Both the position numbers and the translations under genes were made by a program. DNA of 43,194 nucleotides from Candidatus Sumerlaeia bacterium (GTDB taxonomy: Bacteria > Sumerlaeota > Sumerlaeia > SLMS01). The notes beneath the pieces were generated by a model. The model was given only the letters and a program-made list of their open reading frames with translations, was not told the origin of the DNA and searched no databases. Numbering within the stretch: position 1 is the first letter of the stretch; every line of letters begins with the position of its first letter. This document shows, piece by piece, positions 1-7,750 of the stretch. The stretch spans positions 1 to 43,194 of the forward strand of contig JBBQYG010000013.1 in the NCBI GenBank assembly GCA_038208905.1, in the 5' to 3' direction.

Positions 1-1235
1 CGCGCAACGGCGACGGCAATGCTCCCCGGTTTCTCGCCCAGGGCCTCGTCCGCGTTTCTCAGGAGGTTTAGGACAATCTGGCGCAGCCGATCCTCCGAGA
101 AAAGCACGAGCCATGATTCGCGCGGGGTTTCGGCGCCCTCCGCGGGGCGGTGGGGAATCCGCGTATCCACGCGGCGGCGTTCGGGGGAGAGGCCCTTTGC
201 CCACAGGCGAACTGTGGTCTCAACGACCTCGGCGATGTCCACCGGGGCGGGCTGATAGCCTGCCTGCGCGCTGGCGGAGGCAAAGCGCAGGAAGTCCTCC
301 GTGAGACCCTTTAGCCGTTTGGTCTCCGCACGGAGTTCCGTGGCGATGGATTCGAGGGAAACTCGCGATGAGCCGACCGGAAGCTCGCGCAGGAGGACCT
401 CCAGCTCCTCAAGCTGAAGCGTGATGATCCCGAGTGGATTGCGGATCTCGTGGGAGATGCCCGCCGTCATGGTGCCCAGCGCGCGCAAGCGGTCGGCATG
501 ACCCGCCGCGCGTTCCGCCTCGAGTGTGCGCCGCACGAGGCGTACGGTTCCGAAGTAAAGGAACACGAGCACTGCGCCGGAAATTAGGAAGCCGACGAAG
601 AGCCTGTTTCTGAGCAACGCGAGGGGGGAGGACCGCCCGCTTTCGGCTTCGAGCCGCAGCAACGCGACCACGCGGTTTTCCCGGTTGAGGAGCGGCAGAT
701 AAGTCCGGCGCGCTTCCGCGCGCGAGCGGGGCCTGACCTCCTGTTGATTCCCCGCGGCGGCGGCGGCGATGGCGGTGTCGTCTTCGGCGGCAAACTTCTC
801 GCGCTCCTCGGGCGGCACGGTCGTTCCATCGCCGCGCATGATTACGCTGCCTCCCGTTGTCAACACGTGGACTCCGCGCAGGAAGGGCTGGCGACGGAGC
901 GACTGGAGGGAATTGGCGACCTCCACCCAATAGAGAGAGCCTTCGTAGTCGGCCAGTGCATCCTCGTTGAGTCGCCCGGTGCTCGCGTCCGTCAGGAACT
1001 CGAGAAAGAAGTAGTAGTCGCGTGGTCCCACCAGCGAGGAACTGGCGACAGAGATGTAATCGGGGAGGAGTTCCTCCTGAGCGCGGACAAGGACACGGAT
1101 GCTGGCGATGGCGCTCAGGAACAGGAGCAGCAGATAGACGCCCAGAAAGATGATGGCCCATTGGGCGCCGCGCGCCAACCGCCCCCCGCCCGGGGCGGGG
1201 GCGCGGGGGCCGGGGGTTTGTGACTTACCGCTCAT
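1..1235 (-). CDS. Membrane-bound sensor histidine kinase (HisKA + HATPase), 3' end runs off the window
   Basis: Absent from the ORF track because there is no stop in the window; translated by hand from ATG 1235. MSGKSQTP..., TM segment WAIIFLGVYLLLLFLSAIASI, extracytoplasmic region, second TM LFVGFLISGAVLVFLYF, H-box GTMTAGISHEIRNPL, N-box RLRQIVLNLLRNADEA. Confidence 0.92.
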   Translation of the reverse strand, partial: MSGKSQTPGPRAPAPGGGRLARGAQWAIIFLGVYLLLLFLSAIASIRVLVRAQEELLPDYISVASSSLVGPRDYYFFLEFLTDASTGRLNEDALADYEGSLYWVEVANSLQSLRRQPFLRGVHVLTTGGSVIMRGDGTTVPPEEREKFAAEDDTAIAAAAAGNQQEVRPRSRAEARRTYLPLLNRENRVVALLRLEAESGRSSPLALLRNRLFVGFLISGAVLVFLYFGTVRLVRRTLEAERAAGHADRLRALGTMTAGISHEIRNPLGIITLQLEELEVLLRELPVGSSRVSLESIATELRAETKRLKGLTEDFLRFASASAQAGYQPAPVDIAEVVETTVRLWAKGLSPERRRVDTRIPHRPAEGAETPRESWLVLFSEDRLRQIVLNLLRNADEALGEKPGSIAVAVA

Positions 1236-1333
1236 GGGGGCGCTCCAACTGAAACACTTGACCCATTTTGGGCTGGAACCTGACTCTTGGGTGCCAACAG
1301 TACCCCGATCCCCCTTCGATGGAATGAAGCACC

Positions 1334-2488
1334 GTGGAAAACTCCCCCTTCGGCGTAAAGGAAATGATTCTCCACTTCTGGAGACGCCGCTATCTGATCC
1401 TTGTCCTACCCCCGGTTTTTGTGATTCTCGCCTACTTCTACGTCAGAAACACCATGGGGGAGACATTCAGGGTCACGGCCTTGGTCCAGCTTCGGGAGGA
1501 GGCCAGCGGACTTCGCGTGGGCACGCGACCAAACCAGATGGAGCCGCCAGTTTACGAGGAGATCCTGCTAAACGACTTCCTTCTTCGTCAGGTGGTCGAG
1601 GACACGCGCTCAAAGTACCCCAACTATCCCCGGTCGGGATTCGAGGGGCTTCGCGGGGCATTCACCGTCGAGACGATCACGACCCGGGAGACGGCGGTCA
1701 TCACGGAATTCTCCCCGGTGCTCCGACTGGAGTTGCTCGGTTCGCCTCCCGCCATGATTCACGATATGATGAATATTTGGCTGACTCGGGCCGAGGAATT
1801 GTATGGCAGGCTCCGCGACGGCGAAGCGCGGGCGATGCGGGAAGCGTTCGAGAAGCAGTTCGAGACGCTGAGCGTGGAAGTCGAGAGCCTGCAAGGGGAG
1901 GAGGAAGCTGCACAGCAGACGATGCAGCAGGCCTCGAACCTCCTCATGGCCCGAAACAGGACGCTCTATGGCGGGGCCACGGGACGCATCGGGGGCGGCG
2001 ATGGAACTCGCGGAGACGATGGCCTCCTTGCGGAACGGGTCCGGCTTGATCTCGACATCGCGGAGGCGCGCGCAGCGGAGACGCCCGAAGCGCGCAATCG
2101 CCTTGCCGGCCTCGAAGCGCGTCTTGCCAAGGTGGACGAGTTGATTGCCTCAACTTCGGAGGAGTCCACGCGGGCCGGAGCAAGCAAGGCGGAACAAGTC
2201 CGCAAGATCGACCGCGTCCGCGAGAAGCTATTGGCGCGGCGCGAGATGCTTTCCGACGCGCGCGAGATCATCGTGACCACCTTTGCCGATACGGCGCGGG
2301 ACTTGGCCGACAACCCTGGCGTGTTCAGCGTCATCGCGCCGCCGGTGGTTCCCGAGACACGCGTCGCCCCGCCGAGGGCGCTGTATGCGATCATGATCGG
2401 AGGCCTGCTGGCGGCGGTTATGCTCGCCCTGATGCTTCTCGAGTTCTACATTCGCTCCGCGATCCGTGAGGACGATGCATCCCGCTAG
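1334..2488 (+). CDS. Wzz/polysaccharide co-polymerase-like chain-length determinant
   Basis: N-terminal TM (WRRRYLILVLPPVFVILAYFYV), long coiled-coil middle, Pro-rich motif VIAPPVVPETRVAPPR followed by a C-terminal TM; no kinase domain. Confidence 0.8.
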   Translation: MENSPFGVKEMILHFWRRRYLILVLPPVFVILAYFYVRNTMGETFRVTALVQLREEASGLRVGTRPNQMEPPVYEEILLNDFLLRQVVEDTRSKYPNYPRSGFEGLRGAFTVETITTRETAVITEFSPVLRLELLGSPPAMIHDMMNIWLTRAEELYGRLRDGEARAMREAFEKQFETLSVEVESLQGEEEAAQQTMQQASNLLMARNRTLYGGATGRIGGGDGTRGDDGLLAERVRLDLDIAEARAAETPEARNRLAGLEARLAKVDELIASTSEESTRAGASKAEQVRKIDRVREKLLARREMLSDAREIIVTTFADTARDLADNPGVFSVIAPPVVPETRVAPPRALYAIMIGGLLAAVMLALMLLEFYIRSAIREDDASR

Positions 2489-2521
2489 GCTCGGGCAGAA
2501 AACTTGCGAAGCAGGGCAGGT

Positions 2522-4333
2522 ATGACCAACTCTCCCGTTCGCAATATCGGCCAATTCGTTGATCTCCTCCGCCGGGATCGGGACATTGCCGTGATCGAGG
2601 CGCCGGTCTCCGCCGACCAGGAGATCGCCGAAATCCATCGCCGAGTCGTCGCCGCCGGGGGCCCGGCGCTCCTTTTCGCCAACGTCGAGCGTAGCGACTT
2701 CCCCGTTGCCACCAATCTATTCGGCACGCTTCGCCGCGTTGAGAGGGCCTTCGGCAAGCGTCCGCTGGACTTTGTCAAGGAAGCGGTTCGCTTCGTGCAC
2801 GAAGGACTCCCCCCCACACCGCGCAAACTATGGGGATTTCGCAATTTAGGGCTTCAGGGTCTGAAGGTTGGTTTTCGCAGGAACGGTACGGGGCCCGTGC
2901 GCGAAGTGGTCGAGCGCCCCGCGCGCCTGACCAAAATCCCGCTGCTCAAGCTCTGGCCGGAGGACGGCGGGCATTTCGTCACACTTCCCCTTGTCTATAC
3001 GGAGCATCCCGAGACGAAAAAGCCCAATCTGGGCATGTACCGAATCCAGCGCTACAACGATCGGGAGACCGGTATCCACTGGCAGATTGGCAAGGGGGGC
3101 GGATTTCACCACAATGTGGCGGAGGCCAAGGGCGAGTCACTCCCCCTCACAATCTTCATTGGCGGCCCACCCGCGCTGATTCTATCGGCCATCGCTCCCC
3201 TGCCGGAGGACGTGCCGGAGATGCTTCTGGCGTCGCTGCTGCTCGGCGAGCGTCTTCCGCTCTGCGCCAACCCGGCGGGGCCTCATCCACTGGTCGCGGA
3301 GGCTGAATTTGCGCTGGTGGGCCGGGTGCCCGCGCGAAAGCGCCGCCCCGAAGGCCCTTTCGGCGATCACTATGGCTACTACTCGCTCAAGCACGAATAT
3401 CCCGTTTTCCAGTGCCGCGCGGTATGCCGCCGTAAGAAGCCGATCTATCCGGCCACGGTGGTTGGGAAGCCCCGGCAGGAGGACTTCTTCATCGGCGACT
3501 ACCTGCAGGAGTTGCTGAGCCCGCTCTTTCCGCTCGTGATGCCGTCGGTGCTCGACCTGTGGTCCTATGGCGAGACGGGATTTCATTCGCTGGCGGCGGC
3601 GGTGGTGAAGGACCGCTATCCACGGGAGGCAATGCAGTCCGCGTTCCGCATCCTTGGCGAGGGACAACTCTCGCTCACGAAGTTTCTCCTCCTCACGGAC
3701 AAGCGCATGGACCTGCGCGATTTCAAGGGGCTGCTGACGCACCTGCTCGAACGCGTCCGGTGGGAGACCGATCTCTATGTGTTCTCCAACCTCTCGATGG
3801 ACACACTCGACTACACGGGCCCCAAGGTGAACAGCGGCAGCAAGGGCGTGATTGTCGGGCTGGGCGACGCGATTCGGGAACTTCCGCGCGCGTGGTCGGG
3901 CGAGTTGCCATCGGGCCTTCGCGACGCTCGCGTCTATTGCCCCGGCACGTTGGTGGTTGGCGGAAGTTCCTTTGCCGACTCTCCCGAGCAGGGAGCGGAG
4001 GTCGCGCGGCTCGACGCCCTGGCAGAGTGGCCGCTCATCATCCTGTGCGACGATCCGAAGCAGACGGTGGCCAGCGACATCACTTTCCTGTGGACGGTGT
4101 TCACGCGCTTCGAGCCGGCGGCGGACATCCACTCCAGGGAGATTCGCCTTGTCCGAGCCCACCCCTGCCGCACCGGGCCTATTGTGATCGATGCCCGCGT
4201 CAAGCCCTGGTATCCGAAGGAAGTTTTTCCCGATCCCGCGATCAAGTCCCGGGTTACGGCCCGGTGGAAAGAATACTTTCCCGGCGGGATGAAGATGGGC
4301 GATGGAGATCACGGGCACCTGACCCCCGGATAG
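2522..4333 (+). CDS. UbiD-family (prFMN-dependent) decarboxylase, long menaquinone/futalosine-pathway type
   Basis: GPALLF, NLFG, NLGMYR, EGPFGDHYGYYS, DTLDY and IDARVKP motifs; about 600 aa. Start placed at ATG 2522. Confidence 0.9.
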   Translation: MTNSPVRNIGQFVDLLRRDRDIAVIEAPVSADQEIAEIHRRVVAAGGPALLFANVERSDFPVATNLFGTLRRVERAFGKRPLDFVKEAVRFVHEGLPPTPRKLWGFRNLGLQGLKVGFRRNGTGPVREVVERPARLTKIPLLKLWPEDGGHFVTLPLVYTEHPETKKPNLGMYRIQRYNDRETGIHWQIGKGGGFHHNVAEAKGESLPLTIFIGGPPALILSAIAPLPEDVPEMLLASLLLGERLPLCANPAGPHPLVAEAEFALVGRVPARKRRPEGPFGDHYGYYSLKHEYPVFQCRAVCRRKKPIYPATVVGKPRQEDFFIGDYLQELLSPLFPLVMPSVLDLWSYGETGFHSLAAAVVKDRYPREAMQSAFRILGEGQLSLTKFLLLTDKRMDLRDFKGLLTHLLERVRWETDLYVFSNLSMDTLDYTGPKVNSGSKGVIVGLGDAIRELPRAWSGELPSGLRDARVYCPGTLVVGGSSFADSPEQGAEVARLDALAEWPLIILCDDPKQTVASDITFLWTVFTRFEPAADIHSREIRLVRAHPCRTGPIVIDARVKPWYPKEVFPDPAIKSRVTARWKEYFPGGMKMGDGDHGHLTPG

Positions 4334-4399
4334 AAACGCCTTGCGGTTCCGCAATCGCGGGCCGTTGCTTCGGCCCATCGCCCCCTCTCAGGAGATCAG

Positions 4400-5185
4400 A
4401 TGGGCCTCTTGTTCAGGATCGCCAAGAAAGTCGCCCCCGCGGATTTCCATCCCGAGATAGACGCCGTCGGCGACAAGATCGGCCTGCGGCGGCGGCGCGC
4501 ACGGTACGCGGGCACGCGCTACCATTGCCCCTGCTGCGACGGGAGGTTTAGCGAGTTCCTCCCATTCGGGGTGGCGCGAGCCACTAGACAGGGGGCCATG
4601 TGCCCCGCCTGCGGATCGCTCGAGCGGCACAGGATGCTAACGCTGTATCTGCGGCGGCGGACCAAGCTCCTCGAGGTGCCAACGTCCCTCCTCCATTTCG
4701 CGCCGGAGCGGCGCATCGCCAATTGGCTGAAGGGGCATTCGAACATCAACTACGTCTCCACCGACTTGTTTTCCCCGGAGGCCGCCGTGCGGTCCGACAT
4801 CACGGACCTCCTGTTTCGCGACGCCACATTCGACGCGGTCATTTGCTTCCACGTGCTGGAGCACATACCCGACGACCACAAGGCGATGACCGAGCTGCTG
4901 CGCGTCCTGAGGCCGGGGGGCGAGGCACTCATTCAGGTGCCTCTCTATCCCGACCAGGAGGAGACATTCGAGGACCCCACCGTGACCGACCCCAGGGAAC
5001 GGGAGAGGATCTTCGACCAGTCCGACCATGTCCGACGCTATGGGCGGGATTTTCCCCGAAAGCTGGAAAGGGCCGGCTTCGAGGTGGAATGGGTAGAGGC
5101 GGATTCCTACTGCACGCCGGAGGAGATCGCCCTGCATGGACTTACGCGCGACACATGGGTCGCCCACTGCCGGCGGCCCCGCTAA
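4400..5185 (+). CDS. Class I SAM-dependent methyltransferase with N-terminal Cys cluster
   Basis: CPCC...CPACGSLERHR, LLHFAPE, FDAVICFHVLEHIPDD, LRVLRPGG, DHVRRYG; GGAG RBS at 4391-4394. Confidence 0.85.
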   Translation: MGLLFRIAKKVAPADFHPEIDAVGDKIGLRRRRARYAGTRYHCPCCDGRFSEFLPFGVARATRQGAMCPACGSLERHRMLTLYLRRRTKLLEVPTSLLHFAPERRIANWLKGHSNINYVSTDLFSPEAAVRSDITDLLFRDATFDAVICFHVLEHIPDDHKAMTELLRVLRPGGEALIQVPLYPDQEETFEDPTVTDPRERERIFDQSDHVRRYGRDFPRKLERAGFEVEWVEADSYCTPEEIALHGLTRDTWVAHCRRPR

Positions 5186-5353
5186 GGACCCGCTCGGCGG
5201 GGGGGGCAATTTCCCTCTTTCCTGTTGCGACAAGAGGACTTCGGAGCGACCTAAAGGGCGGGAGCGCGTCTCCGGACGGCCCACGCCATCCTTACTTGTC
5301 ATTGCCGGGCCCCATCCCCTTGCCGCCACGGACTCCTCGAGGAGAAAAATACC

Positions 5354-7282
5354 ATGAGCTTCCTGAGGAACTTCATCAAGAAGGACACCCCCGAGAAGCC
5401 GGGCGATTCCAAGGCTAAGGCGCCCATCGACCGCGAGGCCGCCGCGCCTGTTGCGGACAAGTCCAGCCGCCCCAATCCGATCGCCGGGATGGATGCTGCG
5501 GCGCCACTCCCCGGCTCCACGCGCAAGGCCAAGATTCCCTCCGAGGAGCAGCGCAAGTGGCATGACTCCGCCTCTCGCACCACGCAGAGCCGCATCGCCA
5601 GGATCCTAACCGACTCCGGCCTCGTGAACGAGGACATGGTCAAGGAGGCCCTCAAGAACCTCGGCAAGGAAGGCGCCACCACGATTCAGGCCAGCCTGGT
5701 CGAGCAGGGCTTCGTTCGCGAGGACGACGTGCTGGAGGCGCTCGCCGCAGAACTTGGGATGGAGAAGATATCCCTGAGCAAGGTGGAGGTCACCCCCGAG
5801 CTACTCGCGATGATCCCCAAGCGCGTGGCGCGTGAGTACCGCGTCTTCCCCGTGTCGTTTTCCGAAAACGAGATCGGCATCGCCATCTCTGACCCGCTCA
5901 ACATTCAGGTGATGGACGACCTCCAGCGGATTCTGGGACGACCCGTAAAGACGTCCATCGCGGGCGAGGATGAGATCGACCGCTACTACAAGCGATACTA
6001 CGAAGGTAGCGAGATCGAGAATATCTACGGCCAGCTCACGGAGGACATGCGTCAAAAAGAGCTGGACGCGATGAACGACAACGAAGTGGAGCTGGACTCG
6101 GACGAGGATGCTCCGCCCGTCGTCCGCTTTGTGGACCTCATCTTCAAGCAGGCGGTGCATGACCGCGCCTCGGATATTCACATCGAGCCCAACCGCAACG
6201 GCGTGGGGATTCGGTTCAGGGTGGACGGCGTGCTGGGCGAGGTGCCGTCGCCGCCCAAGAAGTGGCAGAACGCCATCATCTCCCGCTTGAAAGTTCTGAG
6301 CGGCATGGACCTCGCCGAGAAGCGGATTCCGCAGGATGGTCGCATCAAGTTGTCGCTCCCAGACCGCAAGCTCGACCTCCGCGTTTCCGCCCTCCCGTCG
6401 ATCTACGGGGAGACGATCGTCATGCGTATTCTCGACCAGAGTTCCGTCATGCTCGGCCTCGAGGACGTTGGGTTCCTGCCCGACAACATCGCGCTCTTCA
6501 ACGAGCTGATCCGGCGGCCCACGGGCGTTATCCTGATGACGGGCCCCACGGGATCGGGGAAGACCACGACCCTGTATTCCGCCCTCTCCACGATCAACAC
6601 GCCGGAAGTGAAGATCGTGACGATCGAGAATCCCGTCGAGTACATGCTGGAGGGCGTGAATCAGGTGCAGGTGAACGAGGAGATCGGCTTGGACTTCAAG
6701 CTGGGCCTTCGCTCGATCCTCCGTCAGTCTCCCGACGTTCTGCTGGTGGGAGAGATGCGCGATCTCGAGACGGCGGAGATTGGCATTCGGGCCGCACTCA
6801 CTGGCCATCTGGTTTTCTCAACGCTGCACACCAACGACGCCGCCTCGGCCCCCAGCCGCCTGGTGGACATGGGGGTGAAGCCTTTCCTGGTTGCATCCTC
6901 CCTTCAGGCCGTTGTGGCCCAGCGCCTTCTGCGCCGCCTCTGCGCGCATTGCAAGAAGCCGCGGATCCCGACGCCGGAAATCTTGAAGGAAATTGCCGCG
7001 TCGCCCGCGGACATCGAAAACATCGAAACCTTCAACATTCACGGGCCAGTGGGATGCGACCGGTGCTCGGGCAACGGATATCGCGGGCGCACCGCCATCC
7101 ACGAGATATTCGTGATCGAGTCCCGCGCCCGCGCGATGATCATCAAGGGCGAGTCGGGCTTCCGCCTCAAGCGCGTCGCGATCAAGAACGGCATGAGGTC
7201 CCTCCGCATGGACGGCTGGCAGAAGGTGAAGCTCGGGCAAACGTCCACGGACGAAGTTCTGCGTATTACGCAGCCCGACTAG
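5354..7282 (+). CDS. GspE/PilB-family secretion or type IV pilus assembly ATPase
   Basis: MshEN-like N-domain, ASDIHIEP, RFRVDG, PQDGR, Walker A GPTGSGKTT, Walker B VLLVGEMRD, His box GHLVFSTLH, tetracysteine CAHC/CDRC, GYRGR; AGGAG RBS at 5340-5344. Confidence 0.95.
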   Translation: MSFLRNFIKKDTPEKPGDSKAKAPIDREAAAPVADKSSRPNPIAGMDAAAPLPGSTRKAKIPSEEQRKWHDSASRTTQSRIARILTDSGLVNEDMVKEALKNLGKEGATTIQASLVEQGFVREDDVLEALAAELGMEKISLSKVEVTPELLAMIPKRVAREYRVFPVSFSENEIGIAISDPLNIQVMDDLQRILGRPVKTSIAGEDEIDRYYKRYYEGSEIENIYGQLTEDMRQKELDAMNDNEVELDSDEDAPPVVRFVDLIFKQAVHDRASDIHIEPNRNGVGIRFRVDGVLGEVPSPPKKWQNAIISRLKVLSGMDLAEKRIPQDGRIKLSLPDRKLDLRVSALPSIYGETIVMRILDQSSVMLGLEDVGFLPDNIALFNELIRRPTGVILMTGPTGSGKTTTLYSALSTINTPEVKIVTIENPVEYMLEGVNQVQVNEEIGLDFKLGLRSILRQSPDVLLVGEMRDLETAEIGIRAALTGHLVFSTLHTNDAASAPSRLVDMGVKPFLVASSLQAVVAQRLLRRLCAHCKKPRIPTPEILKEIAASPADIENIETFNIHGPVGCDRCSGNGYRGRTAIHEIFVIESRARAMIIKGESGFRLKRVAIKNGMRSLRMDGWQKVKLGQTSTDEVLRITQPD

Positions 7283-7294
7283 CGAAGCGGCGAC

Positions 7295-7744
7295 TCATTT
7301 TCCTGGGTGCAGATGCTCTTCGACTTCCATGCGCAATGCTCTAAGGGACAGGACGATATCCCCCAGAAAGTACATGATCGACGCGATCAGCGATGCGAGG
7401 CTGGCCACGAAAAGGCTGATGATGATCCAGCCGATCTCGGGCCGAAAAAGCACCATGACCAGTAGTCCGATCACCGTGAGGCTGACAAAGAAAACACAGA
7501 GTCCCCCGCAGAGGATCGACGTCCTGAGCACTTCGGCGCGGCGATAGAGAATGCGGATTTGGTCTGCGGCGCCCGGCTTGTCCAGTTCAGGGGCTGTACG
7601 GTGGTACTGGGCCATCTGCCGCGCGCGGTCAGTCGCGCGGCCAAGCCGGTTAGTCAGCGTCAGCAGAAGCAGCCCCACGCCGGAAATCAGGACCACCGGG
7701 CTGATGGAGGTCTGAAGAATCTGGATCGCACTGGCGGAGTTCAT
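7295..7744 (-). CDS. Small membrane protein, DUF2721-like
   Basis: ISPVVLISGVGLLLLTLTNRLGRATDRAR signature, three hydrophobic segments, 149 aa. Confidence 0.8.
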   Translation of the reverse strand: MNSASAIQILQTSISPVVLISGVGLLLLTLTNRLGRATDRARQMAQYHRTAPELDKPGAADQIRILYRRAEVLRTSILCGGLCVFFVSLTVIGLLVMVLFRPEIGWIIISLFVASLASLIASIMYFLGDIVLSLRALRMEVEEHLHPGK

Positions 7745-7750
7745 CGAGAC

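Noticed and set aside
409-1223. ORF-track calls 409-1161 (-) and 744-1223 (+)
   Set aside because: The real gene is the histidine kinase in another minus-strand frame, which has no stop codon inside the window.
4341-4376. Palindrome TTGCGG-TT-CCGCAA and hairpin GGGCCG/CGGCCC after the UbiD gene
   Set aside because: Stems are only 6 bp with no U-tract; cannot be distinguished from chance or assigned a function.
5199-5206. G8 homopolymer upstream of the PilB/GspE gene as a phase-variation tract
   Set aside because: Short, intergenic, not clearly within a promoter spacer, and unremarkable at this GC content.
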